The notes under the pieces: generated by a model
Seen by the model: the letters and a program-made list of their open reading frames with translations, nothing else
Told to the model about the DNA's origin: nothing
The model's database searches: none
Part shown: in pieces, positions 58,983 through 59,124 of the stretch
Position numbering within the stretch: position 1 is the stretch's first letter
Layout of the letters: each line of letters opens with the position of its first letter
Program-made: the position numbers and the translations under genes
DNA from: a virus
Lineage: Duplodnaviria > Caudoviricetes
DNA length: 59,124 nt
Virus record (IMG/VR): IMGVR_UViG_3300020306_000005
Span: 1-59,124 of that record
Strand: one strand, 5' to 3'

Positions 58983-59124
58983 GCCAGATAAATGTAGATA
59001 CAATAGCACCTGCAACAACTGGTGGAATAGTTAATTTAAAACCATGTACTTTTGCAATGGCTCAAGGTTCAGCACAATCTTTAGCTAACAATACTCAAAC
59101 AACTCTTACATTTGATCGCACAAT
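58979..59124 (+). CDS. tail fibre module, partial
   Basis: MSQINVDTIAP..., runs off the window. Confidence 0.55.
   Translation, partial: MSQINVDTIAPATTGGIVNLKPCTFAMAQGSAQSLANNTQTTLTFDRT

Noticed and set aside
55101-59124. Diversity-generating retroelement or invertase shufflon acting on fibres
   Set aside because: No reverse transcriptase, recombinase or adenine-specific TR/VR pair seen.

Overview
This window is most of a circularly permuted genome of an AT-rich tailed dsDNA phage, most likely a marine podovirus. Its gene order recalls HTVC023P-type/uvMED phages, which is an inference. It starts and ends inside the tail-fibre region. Modules: tail and ejection proteins (1-13.9 kb); small, lysis and SNF2 genes (13.9-18.9 kb); replication genes (SSB-like, AEP primase, UvrD-like helicase, PolA) with an embedded thymidine-modification cluster (19.2-29.7 kb); early-gene cassettes with a shared promoter/RBS grammar (29.7-37.7 kb); terS, a nuclease and a repeat-rich probable terminus region (37.8-39.8 kb); terL, portal, GroES-like, scaffold and capsid genes, basic proteins, adaptors and fibres (39.8-59.1 kb). 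I saw no integrase, tRNA, CRISPR array or reverse transcriptase. The best candidate for a new system is a dUMP-hydroxymethylase-like gene plus an aGPT-Pplase1/5hmdU-kinase-like gene and an Nmad1-like gene, paired with a non-DNA-type SAM methyltransferase instead of the usual amino-acid:DNA transferase. This suggests an undescribed thymidine hypermodification, and by eye T-less palindromes look depleted. Also notable: a perfect consensus Fur box upstream of the late operon, two homologous inverted elements 18.7 kb apart, and several structured-RNA candidates, one complementary to the phage's own early RBS motif. All family assignments come from motif recognition by eye, not database searches.
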